Virus record (IMG/VR): IMGVR_UViG_3300027806_000037
Span: 1-64,000 of that record
Direction: 5' to 3' (one strand)
Length of the DNA: 64,000 nucleotides
Origin: a virus
Lineage: Duplodnaviria; Heunggongvirae; Uroviricota; Caudoviricetes
Shown: positions 26,469-34,494 of the stretch, in pieces
Layout of the letters: every line of letters starts with the position of its first letter
How positions within the stretch are numbered: the first letter of the stretch is position 1
Position numbers and translations under genes: made by a program
The notes under the pieces: generated by a model
The model's database searches: none
Seen by the model: the letters and a program-made list of their open reading frames with translations, nothing else
What the model was told of the DNA's origin: nothing

Positions 26469-26737
26469 AATTAATCTCAAAAACCCAGCAAGATACGGAG
26501 AACTTTTTGATTCTGCAATAGCTAAAGAACATATAACAATAAATATAACAAAAGCAAGGATTTTAACATTTTTTTTCTGTTAATAACTTTTTCTTTCAAA
26601 CTATTTGGAAATACGAAGTCTTTTGCGTATACTTCGCGCACACGCACGTTCCTTATTAGTGTGGGGTATGGTCAAAAATTATTTTTCGTTGGCGCTTGTA
26701 TTTTTGAATTTTTGTTGTAGCTTTGCATAAATTAAAA

Positions 26738-26908
26738 ATGACGACCATGAATAAGCAACGAGTGATTGATGCTGACAATATGAGGACATTGGAAGTCTTT
26801 GATAGCAAAGACACCGATACTGTCCTCAGTCGTTATCGAGCGATGGGTAAGTGGGATGACGTTGATGTTGATGGGGATGGTGATATAATTTTGTTTAAGG
26901 ATGAGTAG
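26738..26908 (+). CDS. hypothetical acidic protein
   Basis: ATG after the TTTG promoter box (tgtagctttgcataaattaaaaATG). Confidence 0.45.
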   Translation: MTTMNKQRVIDADNMRTLEVFDSKDTDTVLSRYRAMGKWDDVDVDGDGDIILFKDE

Positions 26909-27007
26909 ATATAAATTAAACAACCATTGGGGCAAAGATACACAAACTTTTTAACAAAAAATTGGTCCATTGTTGAAAAGTTTTACTTGCATCGAACCGG
27001 AATTTTT

Positions 27008-27035
27008 TGTACCTTTGCATAAATGAAAGATAACA
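27008..27035 (+). promoter_or_regulatory. example of the conserved promoter/leader class (TnTnnTTTGyAT ... A-rich leader ... ATG)
   Basis: tgtacctttgcataaatgaaagataacaATG. More than 40 instances between 26.7 and 57 kb, e.g. ttatctttgtgttgtcaaacaaaccaaaaaccaacaaccaATG at about 36055. Confidence 0.55.
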
Positions 27036-27380
27036 ATGAAAATTTGCATTTATTTTAAGGATATTGATTCGGATGTATTTTTCTCAAATGAGGATTTGAA
27101 AGAGGGTGATGAAGTTTTTCCTATTGTTGAGTCAAGACTTGTAAATGGTGAGTGGTATTTAACGGGTCTGAGACTAAAAGATGGAATGTGTTCAGATGAA
27201 AAGCAATATTGCACTGGTTTTCCTAATGATTCTCATAAAATTATTAACTTATCGTATAGTGATTATCGTCCATATGAAGTTAGGACAAATCACGGATATG
27301 GACCGATTGAGTCTTATTTTAAGGTAATTAATATTGTTAAGAGAGAAAGAGTAGAACCAATAAAACCAAAACAACCATGA
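27036..27380 (+). CDS. hypothetical protein
   Basis: 114-aa ORF with conserved promoter. Confidence 0.5.
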   Translation: MKICIYFKDIDSDVFFSNEDLKEGDEVFPIVESRLVNGEWYLTGLRLKDGMCSDEKQYCTGFPNDSHKIINLSYSDYRPYEVRTNHGYGPIESYFKVINIVKRERVEPIKPKQP

Positions 27381-27706
27381 AGGTCACGATTTCAAAAATA
27401 ATCTCTAACGAACTCCAACACAAACTCATGGTGATACATGATACCGATGACTTGTTGGACGATTATTGTGTAACCAAAGATGAAGTTTACCAACTCGTTT
27501 CTTCACTTCCCGTTGATGGTGGTGAATGGGAAATTCCACAACATCACATGATGATGGTTATGGTAGAATGTCATGATTCTGCTGACATTAATGGTTATAT
27601 GATGTTGGAAGCAATGAAGGATGGTGATTATGAGAACGCTAAAGTGTTTGGTCAGATTGTGAGAGAGTTGGATAAACTTTTCAAAATTAATTTGGTGGTT
27701 CAATAA
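27377..27706 (+). CDS. hypothetical protein
   Basis: 109-aa ORF. Confidence 0.5.
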   Translation: MKVTISKIISNELQHKLMVIHDTDDLLDDYCVTKDEVYQLVSSLPVDGGEWEIPQHHMMMVMVECHDSADINGYMMLEAMKDGDYENAKVFGQIVRELDKLFKINLVVQ

Positions 27707-27742
27707 TTATTTGTACCTTTGTATCACTAAACCAAAGATAAT

Positions 27743-28120
27743 ATGGCAATTAAACCAAATGAACTTATTACGGATTCTGAAAAAATTAAAGAACAGGTTA
27801 ATATTGCAGTAGCAAGATTTGATAATATTCTTAAAAAGAAATCTCCGGATTTTAATTATTATACCGCATCAATAGATGGTGTATTATCTTTTGAAATCTG
27901 CAAAGAGATTGTTAAGGAATACATTAATGTTGGTTGGGCTTTTGCGAGATGTGTTCCATCTGAATCTGAACAATTTACAGAACTATGTCTTTGGATGATT
28001 AAAGATGTTCATACTGAACATTGTAGTATTTATTCTTGTAAGTATGGTGAAGAGGATTTTTGTACTGTCTATCAAAGACGTGTTCCACCAACAAGCAATA
28101 ATTGGGATGATGAATATTAG
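27743..28120 (+). CDS. hypothetical protein
   Basis: 125-aa ORF with conserved promoter. Confidence 0.5.
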   Translation: MAIKPNELITDSEKIKEQVNIAVARFDNILKKKSPDFNYYTASIDGVLSFEICKEIVKEYINVGWAFARCVPSESEQFTELCLWMIKDVHTEHCSIYSCKYGEEDFCTVYQRRVPPTSNNWDDEY

Positions 28121-28187
28121 GGGGTAATAAAATTTGCAGAATTAGAATTTTCATTATACCTTTGCATTAATCAAAACCAAAGTAACA

Positions 28188-28466
28188 ATGAATCAATACA
28201 CGCACCCTTTGTATGTCTCTCCCGCTAAGGATAAAAATCGTAAGAAATATGGTGAAGGTGATGGGAATTATTGCATTTGTTGTTATCTTCCGATGAAACC
28301 CGGTGAAACCAAAATGGTTCACATGAATGAAGATTGGTTGATTGTATCAAATGATGTTACAGATGAAAATTGTGAAGTATTGACTGGTGCTAAAAGTCAA
28401 GGTTGTTTTAATATTGGTAACTCTTGCGCGAAGAAACACCCCCAAAAATTCATAATTAGTTATTAA
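28188..28466 (+). CDS. hypothetical Cys-rich protein
   Basis: 92-aa ORF, CICCYLP ... C..C. Confidence 0.45.
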   Translation: MNQYTHPLYVSPAKDKNRKKYGEGDGNYCICCYLPMKPGETKMVHMNEDWLIVSNDVTDENCEVLTGAKSQGCFNIGNSCAKKHPQKFIISY

Positions 28467-28523
28467 CAATCGTAAAAGGTAACGGAATTATACATATATT
28501 TGCATCGTCAAACCAAAACAACA

Positions 28524-29315
28524 ATGGAAAAGAGCAAAACATACGAACACATGACCGATTCCGATAAGATGGTTTACGACCTTCTTTTTGAGAAACTTCA
28601 GAGTGTATATGCTGAGAATGAAGTAGGTATCAAGAACCTCAATAGTAATCTTGAATATTACTTCAAAGGTCTTGTTGATGTACCTGATACCATTGGACTT
28701 AATGTGAATTTTGGCGGTTACTCTACTACGTTGCGAATCACAGAAAAGGATAGCAAAAACTGGGGTCGTGATTTGAACATTTATGTTAAAGAGAATCGCG
28801 ATTATGTTAATAATAAGGTGGAAATTGAAGGTATTGAAATGTCGATGTCAAGTATGCGTTTTTCATCCACAAAATTTGATGTTGAAGATTTTGTTCACTT
28901 GATGCTTTGTGCGGAAATTGCAAAGCGTATGGATGAAGTTCAGAGTCAGATTGTTCGCGCATATCATGTCTACCATGAAATGAACAATAAAGTGTATAGT
29001 ATTTCCGCTCCGATGGATAAATTGGTACGAGAAACTCAACAAAGGGTTCGTGAAGAGCAACGAAATAAGGTTATGTCAGCTATTGCAGATGGTGTTACCA
29101 TTGAGTTCAAATACAAAGGTGGAACGGTAACGGAACATATCTTTATTCATAAAGTTAACAAGAAAACCGTTCATGCGACATTCTATAAGAATGGTTGGCG
29201 ACAAGATGAAGCAATGCGATTTAATCTTGATGATTTGATTGAGAAAATTGCGCGACAAGATTTCAAAATTGTTGATAACTCGGAGATTAAAAAGTTGCGC
29301 GAATCACAAAATTGA
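28524..29315 (+). CDS. hypothetical protein
   Basis: ATG (MEKSKTYEHM) following the promoter; track ORF 28500 starts at TTG within the promoter. Confidence 0.5.
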   Translation: MEKSKTYEHMTDSDKMVYDLLFEKLQSVYAENEVGIKNLNSNLEYYFKGLVDVPDTIGLNVNFGGYSTTLRITEKDSKNWGRDLNIYVKENRDYVNNKVEIEGIEMSMSSMRFSSTKFDVEDFVHLMLCAEIAKRMDEVQSQIVRAYHVYHEMNNKVYSISAPMDKLVRETQQRVREEQRNKVMSAIADGVTIEFKYKGGTVTEHIFIHKVNKKTVHATFYKNGWRQDEAMRFNLDDLIEKIARQDFKIVDNSEIKKLRESQN

Positions 29316-29355
29316 TGTATATTTGCATCGTCAAACTCTAAAACACAGAACAAAC

Positions 29356-30210
29356 ATGAACAATCGAATTGAACAAGTTTTGAACGAAACCGGACTTAAC
29401 TGGACCGTTCGTGAAGAAAGCATGGTAACAGCAAGCGGAATCGTGATTCCGGATCGCAAAGCACTCATCCGTGAGGATAATAATGAGGTATTGTCTGTGC
29501 ATGGTGAAGGTTATCAAGCATATCAGAATTACCAACTCGTTGAACTCTTGGATAGGGTTTCCGCACAAGTTGGTCTACCAATTCATTCAGGTGGTCTATT
29601 TGGTGAGGGTAAAAAAGTATTCATCCAACTTAAATCGAATGACCTTTCGCTCGGTTCTGACAAAGTTGTTGGATACATCACCGGAATTAATTCATTCGAT
29701 GGATCCACAAGTCTTGCGTTCGGACCAAGCAATTTGACCATTTCATGTCAGAATACATTTTTCTCGGTCTTCAGAACATTGGAGAATAAGATTAAGCATA
29801 CCAAGAATATGGAATTGCGAATTGATGATGTATGCAAAGGTATGGAGGTTGCAATGAAGGAAGAAGCAAAAATGTTTGAAACCATCAAACGAATGTTTGA
29901 AACAGAGTTTGGTGCGAAGGAACGAGATTTTGTCACCAAGACATTGTTTAACGTTAAGGATAATGTTAATCTTATGGATATTGATGCGGTATCGACAACC
30001 ACAAGAAATCGCATCACAACTTTTGAACATGACTTGCTCCGCGAATTGAAAGAAAAGGGTAATACCTTGTGGGGTTTGTTCTCAGGTGTGACACGATACA
30101 CAACGCACTCTTTGGGTAAAGGTGATAGTACGGAGAATAAGATGTTCGGAACCTATGGAAATCGTGAGCGACAAATTTTTAGGGAATTGAGCGAACTTGT
30201 GGAGGGATAA
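29356..30210 (+). CDS. DUF932-family protein (phage/ICE-associated)
   Basis: ATG (MNNRIEQVLNETGLNWTV...); GLNWTV ... SVHGEGYQAYQN ... VGYITGINSFDGSTSLAFGPS is the DUF932 pattern. Confidence 0.55.
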   Translation: MNNRIEQVLNETGLNWTVREESMVTASGIVIPDRKALIREDNNEVLSVHGEGYQAYQNYQLVELLDRVSAQVGLPIHSGGLFGEGKKVFIQLKSNDLSLGSDKVVGYITGINSFDGSTSLAFGPSNLTISCQNTFFSVFRTLENKIKHTKNMELRIDDVCKGMEVAMKEEAKMFETIKRMFETEFGAKERDFVTKTLFNVKDNVNLMDIDAVSTTTRNRITTFEHDLLRELKEKGNTLWGLFSGVTRYTTHSLGKGDSTENKMFGTYGNRERQIFRELSELVEG

Positions 30211-30285
30211 AAAAAGTTGCTCAGGTATTTGGAGGTAACGAAAATAGTTATACCTTTGTGGGGTCAAACCAAAACAACAACAACC

Positions 30286-30498
30286 ATGTTCCAACTCGTA
30301 GCAAGAATCAACGACTTTGCAACCTTCACCTTTAGTGCATCTGAGCATAAATGGTTGAATCATAAATTTCACGAAATCAATCCTTATGAAGTAGCTGTTG
30401 CTCGTCATGAAGATGTTGTGGAGGGAATGGAAATGCTCAAAGAAATCTTTGGACCTGTTCAAGCAAATATTGATGTAAAACTTTTGTGTCTTAACTAA
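30286..30498 (+). CDS. hypothetical protein
   Basis: ATG (MFQLVARINDF) after the promoter. Confidence 0.45.
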   Translation: MFQLVARINDFATFTFSASEHKWLNHKFHEINPYEVAVARHEDVVEGMEMLKEIFGPVQANIDVKLLCLN

Positions 30499-30585
30499 AA
30501 ATTAACAAAAAAGATTTGCATAAATCAAATGAAGGTTGTAATTTTGTCTCGGTAAATTAAATGTCTAACTAAAATCTAAGTACAC

Positions 30586-30723
30586 ATGGAAAATGTAGTG
30601 GTAAGTGAGAAGCGTAAAGTCGGTCGTCCCAAAGGTTCGGTGAACCCTAACTCTAAGCGTCAACAAAAGTTGCGCGAACGAGCAGAGCGAGATGCACATA
30701 AGACTGTTGAAGTGGAAGCATAA
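30586..30723 (+). CDS. AT-hook mini-protein, paralog 1 (45 aa, not in track)
   Basis: MENVVVSEKRKVGRPKGSVNPNSKRQQKLRERAERDAHKTVEVEA; GRP AT-hook core. Confidence 0.5.
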   Translation: MENVVVSEKRKVGRPKGSVNPNSKRQQKLRERAERDAHKTVEVEA

Positions 30724-30775
30724 GTAGGTGGGGTATTTGGGTCGGGTGAAATTGGTCATCCGATCCCCCACCGAA
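30724..30775 (+). terminator. hairpin downstream of AT-hook gene 1 (GGTGGGG...CCCCACC, A-run after)
   Basis: gtaggtggggtatttgggtcgggtgaaattggtcatccgatcccccaccgaaaaaaaag. Confidence 0.35.
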
Positions 30776-30863
30776 AAAAAAGAGAAAAAAGACTTGCAAA
30801 ATTGAATAAGAATAGTTAACTTTGTATCGGTAACAGAAACACAAACCTTAAACACGAAAAACG

Positions 30864-31022
30864 ATGGAAGCAACTCTTGAAGCACCGGTAACGTCTGTGG
30901 AAACTGCAAAGCGCAAGCGCGGTCGTCCCAAAGGTTCTGTTAAACCTGACTCTAAGCGTCAACAAAAGTTGCGCGAACGAGCAGAGCGAGAAGCAAGGAA
31001 AGCTGAGGAAGCACAAGGATAA
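30864..31022 (+). CDS. AT-hook mini-protein, paralog 2 (52 aa, not in track)
   Basis: MEATLEAPVTSVETAKRKRGRPKGSVKPDSKRQQKLREREREARKAEEAQG; about 90 nt nearly identical to paralog 1. Confidence 0.5.
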   Translation: MEATLEAPVTSVETAKRKRGRPKGSVKPDSKRQQKLRERAEREARKAEEAQG

Positions 31023-31039
31023 TTGGTTGGTTGGTTTGG

Positions 31040-31085
31040 TTAAGTAGGTGGAGAGGGTCGGTGAAAACGTCACCGACCCCCACCG
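31040..31085 (+). terminator. strong hairpin downstream of AT-hook gene 2
   Basis: GGTGGAGAGGGTCGGTGA-AAAC-GTCACCGACCCCCACC. Confidence 0.4.
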
Positions 31086-31100
31086 AAAAGTAAAAGAGTT

Positions 31101-31275
31101 CTTTGAATATCATATCTGTGGGTCAAGACCGCTCCTTGGTCGGGAGAAGAGAAACTTCGGTTGTGTAAACGACCTATGTTCATGTGTGATTGTAAAGCGA
31201 CAACTGCATGGTCTGCGACCAGCGATGTGGGTAAACCGTAATCCCACCACATGAACTTGCACACCCACAGATATG
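31101..31275 (+). ncRNA. candidate structured ncRNA (long-range stem CATATCTGTGGGT ... ACCCACAGATATG enclosing internal hairpins)
   Basis: 13-bp closing stem about 150 nt apart; internal ATGTGGG...CCCACCACAT hairpin; no credible ORF. Confidence 0.3.
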
Positions 31276-31339
31276 AAAATTTTCAGGTAAGTGTTGGAGA
31301 TATGAAAATAATGCTTATCTTTGTGATGTTCTTTGATTA

Positions 31340-31480
31340 GATTGTTTCGGTGACGCTTGGGTATCGTTAGGTCTTACAAATCCCAAGATTTATGTTCTGA
31401 CGCAAAGGAACACAGCGTTATGCTGTTATTTGGCGCAAATATTCCTAACCATTAATATTTTTAGTCACCGGAACAATTTA
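31340..31480 (+). ncRNA. candidate promoter-driven noncoding transcript (closed by CGGTGAC ... GTCACCG; internal CTTGGG...CCCAAG hairpin)
   Basis: preceded by a promoter copy gaaaataatgcttatctttgtgatgttctttga that is duplicated before tRNA-Leu. Confidence 0.3.
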
Positions 31481-31532
31481 ATTTGGAAATGTGAAATGGA
31501 TGTTGTATCTTTGTGATGTTCTTTGACTTAAT

Positions 31533-31849
31533 GCTCCCGTGGTGAAATTGGTAAACACAACAGACTTTAGACTTAACTACCTCATTTTCAGGTAGTTAGA
31601 ATTTGAGTGCATCACTTGAAAAGGTGAATGTAGAATACCGTAAATTCAGGGAACGCTTAACTGCCAATCCTGAGCCAAGCGTGATGAAAATCATGAAGGT
31701 GCAGAGACTAGACACGGTACGCCTAAAACGAAAGTTATGGCGATGGTATAGTCCAGACCACAAACCCAATATTGGGGCGGCGAAAGTCGAAGTGGTAAGA
31801 AAATCTGTCGCCCCCAACGGGCTTGTCAGTTCGATTCTGACCGGGAGCA
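31533..31849 (+). tRNA. tRNA-Leu(UAA) interrupted by a group I intron in the anticodon loop (exons about 31533..31567 and 31800..31849; 85-nt mature tRNA with long variable arm)
   Basis: Acceptor GCTCCCG/CGGGAGC, D-arm GTGA..ACAC, anticodon stem ACAGA/TCTGT, loop CUU^AAAA (U34^A35 insertion), variable arm CGCCCCCAACGGGCTT, T-arm GTCAG-TTCGATT-CTGAC, discriminator A. Confidence 0.75.
31568..31799 (+). ncRNA. group I self-splicing intron (about 232 nt)
   Basis: P AATTCAGGGAA (about 31643), Q AATCCTGAGC (about 31666), R GTGCAGAGACTAGACA (about 31699), S GATGGTATAGTCC (about 31742). P/Q and R/S are complementary (P4, P7). 3-prime terminal G then exon AAAATCTGT. Track ORF 31603..31893 runs past the exon and is taken as spurious. 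Confidence 0.75.
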
Positions 31850-31869
31850 CATTTTTAGGTTCGACTTTT

Positions 31870-31941
31870 GCCCCCATAGTTAAATGGATATAATAGAAAA
31901 CTTCTAATTTTCGGTTCCTAGTTCGATTCTAGGTGGGGGTA
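31870..31941 (+). tRNA. tRNA-Arg(UCU)
   Basis: Acceptor GCCCCCA/TGGGGGT, anticodon stem GAAAA/TTTTC, loop CTTCTAA (anticodon TCT), T-arm CCTAG-TTCGATT-CTAGG. Confidence 0.7.
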
Positions 31942-32008
31942 CTGAAACTTTTTCATCCTAAATCGAACTTTTGAATTATTCCTTATATTTATAGGGAAAG
32001 ATTCGATA

Positions 32009-32662
32009 ATGAGATTAAATAATGAAAAAACCAAAGGTGATATTGGTGTCACACAAGTAATAGCAGACTTAACTAAAAAGGGGTATCAAGTTGCAATCCC
32101 AATCGCGGAACATCTACAATATGATTTAATTTGTCACGATACGACAAATAATAAATTGTTTAGATTACAAGTTAAATACGATAAGGTTAATGCGATTCTT
32201 TGTACGAAAAATTTTCGCACAACTAACGGGGAGGTAGTAAAGAAATATGAGATTCACGATTTTGAATATTATGCAATTTATCTACCTGATATAGACGAGT
32301 GCGCATACATACCCAATGTTGGGTTAACACATATGACAGTAAGAACTACTTTACCTCTTTACAAAGATAGGGATATAATTTGGTGGGAAGACTATAAATA
32401 CCCAACCGGAACTACAATCACCTATCGTAAACCGAGTGATATTAACCCAAATTTTAGAATGATTTACCCTAAAAATACATATGGTAAACGTAAAGTCAAA
32501 AATCGCCCAACCAAAGAAGAATTACAAACGCTAATCGAAACAACACCATACACGAAAATAGGTGAATTATATGGTGTATCAGATAATGCAATACGGAAAT
32601 GGGCGAAATCTTATGGAATATTGAAAAATAAGTATAAGAAAAATTTGCAAGTCTCGGATTAA
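32009..32662 (+). CDS. hypothetical protein with possible PD-(D/E)xK-like N-terminus and C-terminal helix-turn-helix; candidate free-standing nuclease
   Basis: YDLICHD...FRLQVKYD (D ... QxK) and C-terminal TPYTKIGELYGVSDNAIRKWAKSYGI HTH-like; placement beside the intron-containing tRNA. Confidence 0.35.
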   Translation: MRLNNEKTKGDIGVTQVIADLTKKGYQVAIPIAEHLQYDLICHDTTNNKLFRLQVKYDKVNAILCTKNFRTTNGEVVKKYEIHDFEYYAIYLPDIDECAYIPNVGLTHMTVRTTLPLYKDRDIIWWEDYKYPTGTTITYRKPSDINPNFRMIYPKNTYGKRKVKNRPTKEELQTLIETTPYTKIGELYGVSDNAIRKWAKSYGILKNKYKKNLQVSD

Positions 32663-32885
32663 TGATGTAACTTTACAATCTCAATCACGGTTAACTGTTC
32701 ATCAGTATACTGCGTCAACAGCGAAAGTGAACAAGTGACTTAAATGCAGCGGTGCTTCGGTTGTTGACGCAACCGTAACTGGTTCGACTCCAGCGTGATT
32801 TGACCCGGATCTCACAACGGAACTACCATCCATCCGCTGTTGTGGGATAAAAAGAGATGGGTGGGTCGTCAACCGGGTAAACGGT
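32663..32885 (+). other. structured non-coding region with tRNA-like features
   Basis: AATCACG (about 32683) pairs with CGTGATT after a T-arm-like CTGG-TTCGACT-CCAG (about 32775..32800). A 10-bp hairpin TGCGTCAACA...TGTTGACGCA has a 40-nt loop. Further hairpin CACAACGG...CCGCTGTTGTG. Confidence 0.3.
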
Positions 32886-32887
32886 AC

Positions 32888-32920
32888 AGAGGTGGTAGCC
32901 AGTCACCTCATTTTTTTTTC
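32888..32920 (+). terminator. rho-independent terminator
   Basis: GAGGTG-gtagccagt-CACCTC followed by ATTTTTTTTT. Confidence 0.65.
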
Positions 32921-32979
32921 AAATGTGGTTGCACATACCAAAAAAATAATCTATCTTTGCATCACTAAACCAAACGAAT

Positions 32980-33330
32980 ATGAAATATATTGGAACACAT
33001 TCTTATAGTGATACTTCATATTACCAAGATGGTGATAAGTTCTATCGTGAGCAAAAAGAAAGCGTGGATACCTCCACAACTCTTAAAGAACATCTTAAAC
33101 ACGTTCAGCGAGTACTCGCTAACTATCCTGATGCTCTTTTCACAACAGAACGTTTGAAGTACGAGGATGGTTATGAGGTGGTATTCACATATAATGTAGA
33201 AGTACCAGCGTTCGATAAAAACCTCAATGAAGTTTTGCAAATGAATGCAAAACGAGAAGTACAACAAAAAGTAAATGATGCGAAACTTCTTGAAGAATTG
33301 AAAAAACGTTCACCCGAACTCTTCAAATAA
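32980..33330 (+). CDS. hypothetical protein
   Basis: 116-aa ORF with conserved promoter tctatctttgcatcactaaaccaaacgaatATG. Confidence 0.5.
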   Translation: MKYIGTHSYSDTSYYQDGDKFYREQKESVDTSTTLKEHLKHVQRVLANYPDALFTTERLKYEDGYEVVFTYNVEVPAFDKNLNEVLQMNAKREVQQKVNDAKLLEELKKRSPELFK

Positions 33331-33385
33331 ATTTGCATCTTCCGAATTATTGTTGTAACTTTACCAAACCAAAAACAGAAAACCA

Positions 33386-33706
33386 ATGTATCCACAATCA
33401 GTAAATGAATTTGTTGCTCAGGTTGTCCAATCTCTTGATGAGAGTGGATTTCTGACTGAAAATGATGTTGATAAGGAATCAGCAATCAAAGCATTCGGTG
33501 AGGTTGTATTTGAGCGATGGAAACGTGGTGATGATTTGGTAATGAGTGAGGAAGATGCTATTAAGGGTATGCAACTATCAATTGTTGAATCTACAATGAA
33601 GCAATTGATGAATAAAAATATGATTGATAGCATCGAAGATGAAAACGGTGAGCAGGTATTTTTCTTGACTGAAAAAGGTAAGGATTACGCAAACAAAAAT
33701 CTTTAA
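33386..33706 (+). CDS. hypothetical protein
   Basis: 106-aa ORF. Confidence 0.5.
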   Translation: MYPQSVNEFVAQVVQSLDESGFLTENDVDKESAIKAFGEVVFERWKRGDDLVMSEEDAIKGMQLSIVESTMKQLMNKNMIDSIEDENGEQVFFLTEKGKDYANKNL

Positions 33707-33707
33707 T

Positions 33708-33899
33708 ATGAAATACATTATTGGGTTAATTATTGCTGTCGTTGGTATAATTATCACTATTGGGGTTTTGATTTCGCCCCTTTATTATGTGATTACTAAG
33801 GACGAACCGTTGTATTTGCTTCTATTTCTCGTATCACCCATTGGCGCTACAATTGTTGCACACGTCTTTTTAGCTATTGCGAAACTATTTTATGATTAG
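33708..33899 (+). CDS. small membrane protein
   Basis: two TM segments. Confidence 0.45.
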   Translation: MKYIIGLIIAVVGIIITIGVLISPLYYVITKDEPLYLLLFLVSPIGATIVAHVFLAIAKLFYD

Positions 33900-33972
33900 G
33901 TCTAAAAATAGTTATTAACATTCGTTGGAGATAAAAGATTTATGTGTATATTTGTATTAAACAAAACAACAA

Positions 33973-34422
33973 ATGAAAGCAACGCTTGAAAACGGAATTG
34001 TCATCGAACTCACGCAAGAACAACTTGCTCAGATTGATAAACAACGAAATAAAGATGTTAAAACCAAAGAACAACGATTCTTGGAATTGATTTCAGGAAT
34101 TGATGTTCATCAACCGAAGGTTGATTTCCAAAAATATCCAAATCTCTTGTTTTGGTTTGATAAAGATGGAAATTATGTCTGCGAATACGATTGGAAAAAT
34201 AACCATTTTTGGTTCTCATATTCAAATGTTTGGTCAGTTTTTGAATCGGAATTCGCCCTTAATTATCAGGAAATCAGGATGTTCTTGAATGGTATGGTGG
34301 AAGAACATTTCAAATTGGAGGGTGTTACAACAAAGGCAACTCACGCCGCCCCTGCTGTTGCGGTGGAAGAACATTTCAAATTGGAGGGTGTTACAACCAA
34401 AAGTGACCCGTTGTATAATTAA
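33973..34422 (+). CDS. hypothetical protein, paralog A (contains internal 45-bp tandem duplication EEHFKLEGVTTK)
   Basis: about 95% identical to 38456..38839 over 125 aa. Confidence 0.55.
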   Translation: MKATLENGIVIELTQEQLAQIDKQRNKDVKTKEQRFLELISGIDVHQPKVDFQKYPNLLFWFDKDGNYVCEYDWKNNHFWFSYSNVWSVFESEFALNYQEIRMFLNGMVEEHFKLEGVTTKATHAAPAVAVEEHFKLEGVTTKSDPLYN

Positions 34423-34494
34423 TGTTAATAACTAAATTTGGTGGTTTGATTTTTTCTTTTTAACTTAGCATTAGAAACCAAAAACAACAAAACA

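Noticed and set aside
26294-26532. Track ORFs on both strands across the 48-bp tandem repeat, and a CRISPR possibility
   Set aside because: The protein sequences are simply repeat translations (SITPNTIDAIQLNTIA twice). There are only about 2.5 contiguous repeat units, no unique spacers and no cas genes. Not a CRISPR array and not coding.
31048-31264. Track ORFs 31048..31254 (+) and 31070..31264 (-) in the region after the AT-hook genes
   Set aside because: They coincide with the long-range palindromic structure. There is no promoter-ATG arrangement. Read as structured non-coding RNA or DNA.
31533-31849. tmRNA hypothesis for the about 320-nt structured RNA ending in a T-arm plus acceptor
   Set aside because: The 5-prime part forms a normal D-arm and anticodon stem. 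No tag-peptide reading frame or pseudoknot pattern is seen. The P/Q/R/S group I intron elements are clearly present. Intron-split tRNA-Leu(UAA) explains everything.
31603-31893. 96-aa track ORF inside the intron, possible homing endonuclease
   Set aside because: It runs through the 3-prime exon and into the next tRNA. It has no endonuclease motifs (GIY-YIG, LAGLIDADG, HNH, His-Cys). The 232-nt intron is the size of ORF-less tRNA-Leu introns.
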